Of a stretch of DNA of 64,000 bases, positions 55,143-62,970 are shown piece by piece; the first letter of the stretch is position 1, and the number at the start of each line of letters is the position of its first letter. Under the pieces are notes generated by a model. That model saw only the letters and a program-made list of their open reading frames with translations. It searched no databases and was not told the origin of the DNA. The translations under genes and the position numbers were made by a program. The stretch is from a virus. The DNA lies in IMG/VR virus record IMGVR_UViG_3300042402_003740, positions 1 to 64,000 of that record; one strand, written 5' to 3'.

Positions 55143-55972
55143 TCGAGTGGACTCCCATCCATGTAGAGGTTTCTACAGACCCAGCCGTAGTCGCCTTCTT
55201 CCATCTTCTTCTGGGCAGTGTTCATTCTGTCTTTCATCATTCCGAGACGCTTGTCCTGTAGGAACTTGATGTGGTCTTCAACCATTTTGATGCTTTTCTT
55301 CCAACTGTTCATGCATTGGATTGCCTCACGCTTTTCGGATGCGCTTTCGTGCATAGTCTCCTCGTATCCCATAAAGGGTCTTGGCTTCTTGTTGCAATCC
55401 TTGCCTTTGCATGGCTTTGGCTTTGGTTTGCCCTTTCCACCCTTCATAGGCTCGACCACGGCATCGTCACCGTACATACGGGAATCTGTTTCGTGGAGAG
55501 GGGCTTCTGATTCTTTCAGGGAGTTTCCTTCCTGAACGGCACGGTATGCCCTTGCCAGTGATTCCAAAAGGTCGGCTTCGGTGCGGTCGGTCTGTACAGA
55601 ATTTGCAGGAGCGGGTGGAACCCCGCCTCCAAGAATGGTCTGCACCATCTGTGCTGTTTCGCTCTTTGCTATGCGCTCAAATTCGTTGTTTGTCTCCATC
55701 GCTCTACCTTCCTTTATTCCTAGTTTATTTAGTGCTGCTTCCCGTTGTCCTATCCCTGCGAGTGCCTCTCTTGGCGACTTGAAGTGTCCTACAGGGACCT
55801 GTGAATCGTCTGGAACTCCACGCCCACTGGTGTCGCCCTTGTAGAGCAGGAACGCTCCAGGACTAGGCTCATGGAGAAAGTACCAGTTCTTCCCAGAACG
55901 GGTCTTCCAGCCCATAACAACACCCATGCCCTGGTTTAGTCCTGCAATAACTGATTTTTGCCATTTATTCAT
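55139..55972 (-). CDS. Hypothetical modular protein, probable internal restart at 55699
   Basis: Several LxE/MHE linkers; internal CTAAATA box and AAGGAAGG SD before METNNEF. Confidence 0.6.
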   Translation of the reverse strand: MNKWQKSVIAGLNQGMGVVMGWKTRSGKNWYFLHEPSPGAFLLYKGDTSGRGVPDDSQVPVGHFKSPREALAGIGQREAALNKLGIKEGRAMETNNEFERIAKSETAQMVQTILGGGVPPAPANSVQTDRTEADLLESLARAYRAVQEGNSLKESEAPLHETDSRMYGDDAVVEPMKGGKGKPKPKPCKGKDCNKKPRPFMGYEETMHESASEKREAIQCMNSWKKSIKMVEDHIKFLQDKRLGMMKDRMNTAQKKMEEGDYGWVCRNLYMDGSPLE

Positions 55973-55973
55973 T

Positions 55974-56948
55974 TCATTTTACTCCGTATTGCTTGTCTAT
56001 TGATGCCCATTCACCCTTGCAGAAGTCTACGACTGCCTGTATGTAGGCGGTAATCTCGTTCGGGGTGATCTTGCCCATAGAGGGGTTGAAGCCGCTGCCT
56101 TTGCCCAGGCGACCCACACGCTCCATCTTGCCGATGCTCTTCTTGAAAGCCCTGGCAATGGCATCAACACGGGCAGGATCGAATTGCTCAGAAGTGCCGT
56201 CGTTCCTGCCGTAGTACTGGTTTGACCCGTTCTGTAGACCCGAGAGCACGGACATGACCATCTCTAGGCGGCTCATTGCCATGTCGCCGCTCTTCCAGTC
56301 TTTCAAGACCTCTTGTGCATAGACAAGCCACTCCTTGCGGTTCCTGAAACTCTCTGGCATCATGCGAAAGTGCTTCTGTGCCATTGTCTCGGGCTTGCCT
56401 GGTTTCTTCTCGTTTCCCCCAGCCTCGTCCAGTTCGACCGATTCTCCTACAAACTTCTTGCCCCGACCGCTCTTGAGGAATCCGTGTAGCCATGCCTGTG
56501 GATCTTTGCTGCCTGGATAGGTCTGTGGCAGTGGTTTACCGTGCAGTTCTCCGGTGATGCCCCCAAAGTAGTCTTCGTATTCCATAAAACCCACCTTTTT
56601 GCCACCCTTCAGGATGTCATAGTGGGTTGTGGACTGTGTGCCGTCCTCTGTTTTTTTCTTTTCCACCTTGGTTTTCTTTAGAGAATACTCCCCGACACCT
56701 TCGTGCAACCCAAGGGATTCCTTCACCACCTGTATCCCCTTGTAACGGCTCCGCACCAATTCTGCACCTGTAAGAACATCCACAAGATCCTCATAGTGGT
56801 AGTCTGTTGCAACAGCCTCGCTTGAATAGGGTCCCGCTACCTTCATCTTGCCACCAGACTTGTACACGGCATAGTACCCTTCAGGGTCAACCTTGCCTAT
56901 TCCTCTGGCGGCTTCGTCTAATCTTCTAATATCCTTGAATCGCTTCAT
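55974..56948 (-). CDS. Modular protein with a capsid-targeting-like leader; shares a module with the 22687-25365 protein
   Basis: MKRFKDIRRLDE; linkers ESLGLHE and ESVELDE. Confidence 0.7.
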   Translation of the reverse strand: MKRFKDIRRLDEAARGIGKVDPEGYYAVYKSGGKMKVAGPYSSEAVATDYHYEDLVDVLTGAELVRSRYKGIQVVKESLGLHEGVGEYSLKKTKVEKKKTEDGTQSTTHYDILKGGKKVGFMEYEDYFGGITGELHGKPLPQTYPGSKDPQAWLHGFLKSGRGKKFVGESVELDEAGGNEKKPGKPETMAQKHFRMMPESFRNRKEWLVYAQEVLKDWKSGDMAMSRLEMVMSVLSGLQNGSNQYYGRNDGTSEQFDPARVDAIARAFKKSIGKMERVGRLGKGSGFNPSMGKITPNEITAYIQAVVDFCKGEWASIDKQYGVK

Positions 56949-57814
56949 CTCTGCTTCTCCTCTAAATATTGGCTGTTGTAATCTTCGAATTTACGCAGTA
57001 CCGCCTCTCTGCCGTCAAAAACCTGTAGTTTTTGCTCTGGTGTAAGCAGCCGCCAGGCACCTGGTGACATTAGTGTTTCCCTACCATCGGTTGTTTTTTC
57101 TGCTAGTGGAACATAGCAGCGGCACTGTATTGGGGTCTTCTCTAATCTTACAATTTCAGACTCTGCGGGGTTTCCAAAGTGGACAAGATTAAGGCTTTCG
57201 TCCGGGGATATCTTGTACTCTAGAACAAAGTGTATGCGTTGCTGTTTCATCTGGTCAGACCACCAACTGTCTGTGACCCCTGTAAAGTCGCCTGTTGCAA
57301 ATCCTAGTGCCACTCTCTGTTCTGTCGTCCATGACTGTGCAACCGACCGGGCCTCGTAGCGTAGGGTTCCCTCTGCACACTGTAGTGGTCTTTTGCCCCT
57401 GTACAGGGTTGTGATTCTTTCAAATTTGAATGCATTGGCAAATCTCTTCACTCCAAACCCTTCGCCACGGTACACATTCCCGCTGTATCGTAGCCACGAT
57501 CCAGTCTTTCCACACCCCTGTATCATTCTCTTTATACGAAGAACAAGATCTTCAGGGGTGTAGTCCCGTTGAGCCTTGAATCCCATCATCCACTTGTTCA
57601 TGGTGTCTGCAAGCCCTGCAATCTCTTCGTTCTTTGCCTCTTTTGCTGCCCTCTCTATCCATTGCCAGCCTTTGCCTCTAAAATGGTCAATAGGAGAACC
57701 CTGAAACAGAGGAGGATTTGACCCGCCCAAGAGATGACACAACCCACGGGAGAAATCTATCTCTCCTCCACTCTTTGACTCTAGTATCTCTATGAATTGG
57801 CGGTAGCGTTTCAT
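56945..57814 (-). CDS. Putative ADP-ribosyltransferase (R-S-E clade, ExE) with a capsid-targeting leader
   Basis: MKRYRQFIEILE; VYRG, AQSWTTEQRVALGFA, AESEIV. Confidence 0.7.
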   Translation of the reverse strand: MKRYRQFIEILESKSGGEIDFSRGLCHLLGGSNPPLFQGSPIDHFRGKGWQWIERAAKEAKNEEIAGLADTMNKWMMGFKAQRDYTPEDLVLRIKRMIQGCGKTGSWLRYSGNVYRGEGFGVKRFANAFKFERITTLYRGKRPLQCAEGTLRYEARSVAQSWTTEQRVALGFATGDFTGVTDSWWSDQMKQQRIHFVLEYKISPDESLNLVHFGNPAESEIVRLEKTPIQCRCYVPLAEKTTDGRETLMSPGAWRLLTPEQKLQVFDGREAVLRKFEDYNSQYLEEKQR

Positions 57815-57815
57815 A

Positions 57816-58265
57816 TTAGTCGTCTACAGGTTCGTCGTGACCAGAGTGTGGATTGTACCGGGTCAGAGGGGTTCTGCGCCGTGACCGCTCACGCTCACGC
57901 TCGTCTCTTTCCCGCTCCCGCTGCCCCCGATCCCGCTCCTCGGCATCACGGCGGCTCTGGGCTTCACGCCCTGGTCGCTTCTTTCCCTCTACCCAATCGC
58001 TTGCATCGCTCCAGTTATCGAAATAGCGGAATTCGTCCTCCCACCGTGCACGGTATCGGGTTCCCCCACCTGTCTCTACCTCGTCAACCGAGCCGCTTCT
58101 CTGCCTTTCCTTCCCCTGGCGGTCTGCTGACTCCTCACCAGAGGTCTGTGCCCTCTTTGCCTTTTCGATTCCTAACTTGCGTCCAACCCGTATGGCTGTG
58201 TCACGGACTATGCCCTCTTTCAGAGTCTTGTCTACAGTTCTTCTAAATTCGGTGTAGTCTTTCAT
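57816..58265 (-). CDS. Arg/Glu-rich hypothetical protein with a capsid-targeting-like leader
   Basis: CATACATA late box at ~58301-58308, CAGGAG SD, MKDYTEF...LKE. Confidence 0.65.
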   Translation of the reverse strand: MKDYTEFRRTVDKTLKEGIVRDTAIRVGRKLGIEKAKRAQTSGEESADRQGKERQRSGSVDEVETGGGTRYRARWEDEFRYFDNWSDASDWVEGKKRPGREAQSRRDAEERDRGQRERERDERERERSRRRTPLTRYNPHSGHDEPVDD

Positions 58266-58389
58266 CCCGATCTCCTGTGTGTATTGCAGCCTTTTCCTAT
58301 ATGTATGAATACCCATTTTCTCCTCCAGAAACGGTTAGGGTTCCATTAGGAGGGTTAAAAAAGGCTTAAAAAAGGGGGTTGAGCGTGCA

Positions 58390-58701
58390 CTAACGGGGGG
58401 AAGGGGGATTGAATCCACCAGTACCGCTGTTGTATTCGATTCCTTCAAGTGATTTGCGGAATTCAACGGCTCTTTTCTCGGATTCGATCATCGGTGGTGG
58501 TTTGGGTGGGACGAATGGGAATCCCATGCGGGTGAGTGCGGGAGGCATACGGACACGGGGACGCTGCTGCCCCCAGCCACCCCAGACAGCGGGAGGCGGG
58601 GGATTCATATTAATAGGAAGATGGGGCTGCACTGCACCATTAAGATGCGCCTTCCGAGCCTCTTCACTCTGTAGCCATTCGTTGTATTTACTGCGGTCCA
58701 C
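58390..58701 (-). CDS. Pro-rich hypothetical protein (start uncertain)
   Basis: GTG start overlapping the end of the FmdB-like gene. Confidence 0.4.
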   Translation of the reverse strand: MDRSKYNEWLQSEEARKAHLNGAVQPHLPINMNPPPPAVWGGWGQQRPRVRMPPALTRMGFPFVPPKPPPMIESEKRAVEFRKSLEGIEYNSGTGGFNPPSPR

Positions 58702-58984
58702 TTCGGGTTCCCCTTTGCGAAAGCGAGCGGTCAATGTTCTCACGGACTCGGGGGTTGTACTTTCCGAGTTTGGAGCGCATGGCTTCCATTCTCTCTTTAA
58801 AAGCACCCGAGGGTTTAACGCTGCCATCCACACCCATAGTGGGGGAGTGTGACCACCCACGGACCACTTGGGGCTTGCCGCATTGGGGGCAGGGTTCACC
58901 GCAGGGCTTCTCTCGGTTTGCTATGGTTTGGATATCGTCCCACTGGTGGGCGCAATGGCGGCACTCGTATTCATAATTAGGCAT
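58688..58984 (-). CDS. FmdB-family zinc-ribbon protein
   Basis: MPNYEYECRHC...PCPQCG; GGAG SD. Confidence 0.8.
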   Translation of the reverse strand: MPNYEYECRHCAHQWDDIQTIANREKPCGEPCPQCGKPQVVRGWSHSPTMGVDGSVKPSGAFKERMEAMRSKLGKYNPRVRENIDRSLSQRGTRSGPQ

Positions 58985-59420
58985 AGGCTTTTGCTCCTCT
59001 ACGGGTATATAGTGGGGAATGGGGAGGGGGTAAATTCTCCAGAGTGGGGGGTAAATTGTGGGGGGCAGGGTATTCATAGGTTTTGTGTAGTGTGTGCAGG
59101 CTGAACTATTCCGAATGGGATCGAAAGGGGCAAATGCGGGTGGTTTTGAACCAAAATCACCAGATTCTGGTAAAATCAGCCAAAATTCTTCATTTTTACC
59201 ATTTCAGGCGTCCTGGGGTGACCAGGCACGCCCGGTGAGCCCGGTGAGCCCGGTGAACCTGGTCCAGCGATTTTCGAAATATTGGAATTTCGGCTAAAGT
59301 CTGCATTCCGTCCAGTCGATACCAGTAGAGCGAAGGCAAGAGATAGGGGAGGAATTCCACAGAATCTCGGATACGGATATCCGTGATTACCTGACAGAAC
59401 CCTAACAGGAGGGGCATTGG

Positions 59421-59528
59421 GGGTCCGATAATATCGCCCGCCCCGCCGTTTGCTGTAAGTCCTTATAAGACAGAGATTTACGCTGTTTTAGGGGTTGGGC
59501 TTGCATCCTGCGCCCGTTCGGGTATACT
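59421..59528 (+). promoter_or_regulatory. Probable early promoter module: 13-mer, GC box, 27-bp dyad, TTGCAT-N16-TATACT
   Basis: Elements shared with 62854-62963. Confidence 0.6.
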
Positions 59529-59610
59529 TGTGGGACGGGAATTCTACGCCCAGAGGGCATAATTCCTAAAAACTGCCGAATTCTGACTTTTTCTCAAAAA
59601 GACCAAAACC

Positions 59611-61956
59611 ATGCGAAACACGAAGAATACCGTTAATACCGTCCGTGAGGCTACCGCTCGACTTCTCGCCACCGAGAACATCACGGTCATCGAAGACCCG
59701 AAGGCTCCTTCGGCGTACTTCGACCTCAAGTCTCGTACCCTTGGCCTTCCTGTGTGGAAGGACATCACGCAGGAAATGTACGATATGCTTGTTGGTCACG
59801 AAGTCGGCCATGCCCTCTTCACGCCGAACGGAAACGGCGGTTGGGTTGAGTCTGCAAAGCGCATCGCTGCGGATGCGGGTTTCGCTGGCGACCGTGAGGC
59901 GGAAGCCGCTGCACAGTCGTTCCTCAATGTTGTTGAGGATGCCCGTATCGAGCGTCTCATCAAGGAACGCTACCCCGGTCTGCGTCGTGACTTCTTCACT
60001 GCGTACACGGAGTTTGCGAAGCGTGACATCTTCAAGATTGGTGGCCGTCCCCTCAGCGGTCTTGGTCTTGCCGACCGCCTGAACATCCACTTCAAGATCG
60101 GCTTTACGCAGCCTGTGCCGTTCTCCCCTTCGGAGCGCCAGTTCGTGGAGCGCATGGAGACGGCTGTGACTTGGGAAGAGGTTGTTGCGATTGCGAACGA
60201 TCTTTTCGAGTTTGAGTCGAATCCGCAGGGCAATCAGGGACAGGGCAGCACCCCGTCGAACCCCGGCGAGGGTGAAGAGGGCGAAGAGGGTTCGGCTTCG
60301 GCTTCGGGTAAGGGTGAGGGCAACGAGATGGGTCAGTCGGGCAAGGGCAAGGCTGACGACCAGACCAGTGGCGAGTCGGGTACTGGTGATGCTGATGGCG
60401 AGGGCGAATCGCAGGGCGAATCGCAGGGCGAATCGCAGTCTGAGGGTACGGACGCTTCGGGTAATGATGGCGACTCGGAGTCGCAGTCGGATGGTGACAC
60501 TGACATCAACGATACCCGTGATGGTTCAACCACGGAGCGCACTCGGGGTCATGGCGTGAACACGGCCCCCGTGAAGCCCCGTACCGCACAGACTGCGGGT
60601 TCGCTTGACAAGGCTTCGTCTGATCTTCGTGACCAGAATGCCCGTGGTCGCAACTACCTCTACATTCCTCGGGCGGTGAAGCCTGAAGGCTTCGTCATCC
60701 CGTTCGGGGAATTCATTGGTGCGTGTCGCCAGTGGGAAGCAAGCGGTCTGAAGAATCCTACCTACGGCAGCGACCCGAAGATCCGCAAGCGTTCGATTGA
60801 GGCGGTGGACAAGCAGATTCGTGACCTGGTCGAGGACACCCGTGGTTCGATCCAGGCGTTTGTCCGTGAGTTTGAGATGCTGAAGACTGCGGACGAACAC
60901 CGCCGCACTGTGGAGTCGAAGAGCGGTCGCCTTGACATGGATCAGGCGTGGAAGTACCGCATCTCGGAAGACCTCTTCAAGGTTGCTACGACGATGCGTG
61001 ACGGCAAGAACCACGGCTTTGTTATGTTTATTGACTGGTCGGGTTCGATGCAGCCGAACATGGAGCAGACGATGCGCCAGTTGTACATCCTCTTCCAGTT
61101 CTGCAAGAAGGTTGGCATCCCGTTTGATGTCTACGCCTTCGGTATCGGCCTCACGGATCGCTCGATGTTCCCGTCGCTTGAAGAGACGGGACGCAAGGCG
61201 AATCGCCTGGTGCTTGACGACAAGCGCAACGAAGTTCAGCCTGATGTGGAACTCCTCCACATCATGTCGAGCCGTGCGAACGCTCGGGATCTTCAGGATG
61301 CGTTCCGCTACTGCCTCTGCGCTACGAGTTACGGATACGGCGACTACCCGCCCGTGACCCTTGGCGGCTCGACTCCGCTTGACTCGACCGTTGTTGTCGC
61401 TCGGGACATTGTGAACGAGTTCCGCAAGGGGACGAAGGTGCAGATCGTCAACACCGTGTTCCTCACGGACGGCGATGCGACCGATGGCCTCTGCAACTAC
61501 GGAACGAAGGGACACCAGCACTACGCTGGTCCGACGATTCTTCGTGACGGCCACCGTGAGTGGGCTTCGGAGAATGCAATGTACAGCGGTGGTACTGCTC
61601 TCCTGCTCCAGTGGTTCAAGGCGAACACGGGAGCAAATCTTGTGGGCATCTTTGTGGCGGGTCGCTTCGGTCATGCGACTCACCACTTCGACCCGTCGAT
61701 GAAGCAGGAAGACCGTGCGCTTGCGGAGAAGCAGTTCAAGAGCGACGGTTGGTGTTCGGTGAAGGGTCTTGGGTTTGACCAGTACTTTGTCCTCCGTGGC
61801 AATGTGGTCGATACCGAGAAGGCGATGGACGAATTCGAGCAGCGTGACGGTGGCACGATGACCGCCACGCAGATCAAGAATGCGTACATGAAGGCGGTCG
61901 AGAGCCGTAATGGTGCCCGTGGCATGATCCACCGTTTCGTCAAGACGGTGGCCTAA
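59611..61956 (+). CDS. HExxH metallopeptidase-like + acidic linker + vWA (CobT-like) protein
   Basis: GHEVGH, NVVEDARIE, DWSGSM MIDAS, GSTPL, LTDGD. Confidence 0.85.
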   Translation: MRNTKNTVNTVREATARLLATENITVIEDPKAPSAYFDLKSRTLGLPVWKDITQEMYDMLVGHEVGHALFTPNGNGGWVESAKRIAADAGFAGDREAEAAAQSFLNVVEDARIERLIKERYPGLRRDFFTAYTEFAKRDIFKIGGRPLSGLGLADRLNIHFKIGFTQPVPFSPSERQFVERMETAVTWEEVVAIANDLFEFESNPQGNQGQGSTPSNPGEGEEGEEGSASASGKGEGNEMGQSGKGKADDQTSGESGTGDADGEGESQGESQGESQSEGTDASGNDGDSESQSDGDTDINDTRDGSTTERTRGHGVNTAPVKPRTAQTAGSLDKASSDLRDQNARGRNYLYIPRAVKPEGFVIPFGEFIGACRQWEASGLKNPTYGSDPKIRKRSIEAVDKQIRDLVEDTRGSIQAFVREFEMLKTADEHRRTVESKSGRLDMDQAWKYRISEDLFKVATTMRDGKNHGFVMFIDWSGSMQPNMEQTMRQLYILFQFCKKVGIPFDVYAFGIGLTDRSMFPSLEETGRKANRLVLDDKRNEVQPDVELLHIMSSRANARDLQDAFRYCLCATSYGYGDYPPVTLGGSTPLDSTVVVARDIVNEFRKGTKVQIVNTVFLTDGDATDGLCNYGTKGHQHYAGPTILRDGHREWASENAMYSGGTALLLQWFKANTGANLVGIFVAGRFGHATHHFDPSMKQEDRALAEKQFKSDGWCSVKGLGFDQYFVLRGNVVDTEKAMDEFEQRDGGTMTATQIKNAYMKAVESRNGARGMIHRFVKTVA

Positions 61957-61969
61957 AAGGAGGAATCGC

Positions 61970-62425
61970 ATGGCGCAATCAGGACAGGCTCTGTTGGAGA
62001 ACGCACGGGTGCAAGAGTTCCTGTCCCTGGTGCGTTCACAGTGCCGCAAGTGTAATGTCAAATTCGTGCTTGCCGATGCGGAGTTTGTCGGCAGCAAGAA
62101 GCAAGGGGAGCAACTGCTTGGGTTCTTTTGGGAACCCTCGCTACACCGCAGGGCACCAGGCGAACTGCGTGTGGCAACAAAGAACCTGCCTGTAAGCGAG
62201 TGGATCGTTACCCTCGCACATGAGTACGCACACTTTCTACAGTGGTTCCGAGATGATCCTGTTTACCATTGTGACTCTTATCTGGAGATGGAGATCGCAA
62301 CAGAGCGTGAAGCATTCGAGATCCTGAAGCGTTTCAAGATCCCCATCAACTACGAAACGGCGAAGCGCAAGTCAAAGAAGTACATTGCGAAGATTCGTCG
62401 TGAGGAAAAGGAAAACACCCTATGA
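61970..62425 (+). CDS. HExxH metallopeptidase-like protein (IrrE/ImmA-like)
   Basis: TLAHEYAHFLQW...E..TEREA; AGGAGG SD. Confidence 0.65.
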   Translation: MAQSGQALLENARVQEFLSLVRSQCRKCNVKFVLADAEFVGSKKQGEQLLGFFWEPSLHRRAPGELRVATKNLPVSEWIVTLAHEYAHFLQWFRDDPVYHCDSYLEMEIATEREAFEILKRFKIPINYETAKRKSKKYIAKIRREEKENTL

Positions 62426-62850
62426 ACAAGCGCAACATCACCATCATTACTCTCATCGTCCTCGGCATCCTCGCCTCGCTTGCTGCTGCGGTTCCCCCGC
62501 CCTCGGGCTACGACACAGATCGGATTCTCCATGCCATTCGTCTGACAGAGACTGGTGGTGAGCGTGACCCGGCGAATGCAGTGGGCGACGGTGGACGGGC
62601 GATTGGACCTTTCCAGATCCACCGTGGTTACTGGCAGGATGCACTTGAGCATGACCCGAGCATTGGTGGCGTGTATGCCGATTGCAAGAACGAAGAGTAT
62701 GCTCGTCGGGTCGTGCTGGCGTATATGTCCCGCTACTGCAAGGTGTGGACGGATGAGCGTGTTGCTCGTATCCACAATGGTGGTCCGGCGGGATGGAAGC
62801 GAGAGTCAACGCTAGGGTATTGGTCAAAGGTGCAGCGGCATCTTGACTAA
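62422..62850 (+). CDS. Secreted lysozyme-like protein (i-type/destabilase-like)
   Basis: Signal peptide; ET, GD.G.AIGPFQIH..YW.DA, ARIHNGGP.G, T..YW.KV. Confidence 0.7.
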   Translation: MNKRNITIITLIVLGILASLAAAVPPPSGYDTDRILHAIRLTETGGERDPANAVGDGGRAIGPFQIHRGYWQDALEHDPSIGGVYADCKNEEYARRVVLAYMSRYCKVWTDERVARIHNGGPAGWKRESTLGYWSKVQRHLD

Positions 62851-62853
62851 ACA

Positions 62854-62963
62854 GGGCGTGGCGGGGGGGCGGGGGCTGCCGTTATTATCGGACCCTTGGC
62901 GTAAGTGCTTGTAGTGTAAGGGTTTGCGTGGGACTTGACATAATCGCCCTTTTTTGGGACAAT
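62854..62963 (+). promoter_or_regulatory. Probable early promoter module: GC box, 13-mer (inverted), 27-bp dyad, TTGACA-N17-GACAAT
   Basis: Elements shared with 59421-59528. Confidence 0.65.
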
Positions 62964-62970
62964 CTTCGAT

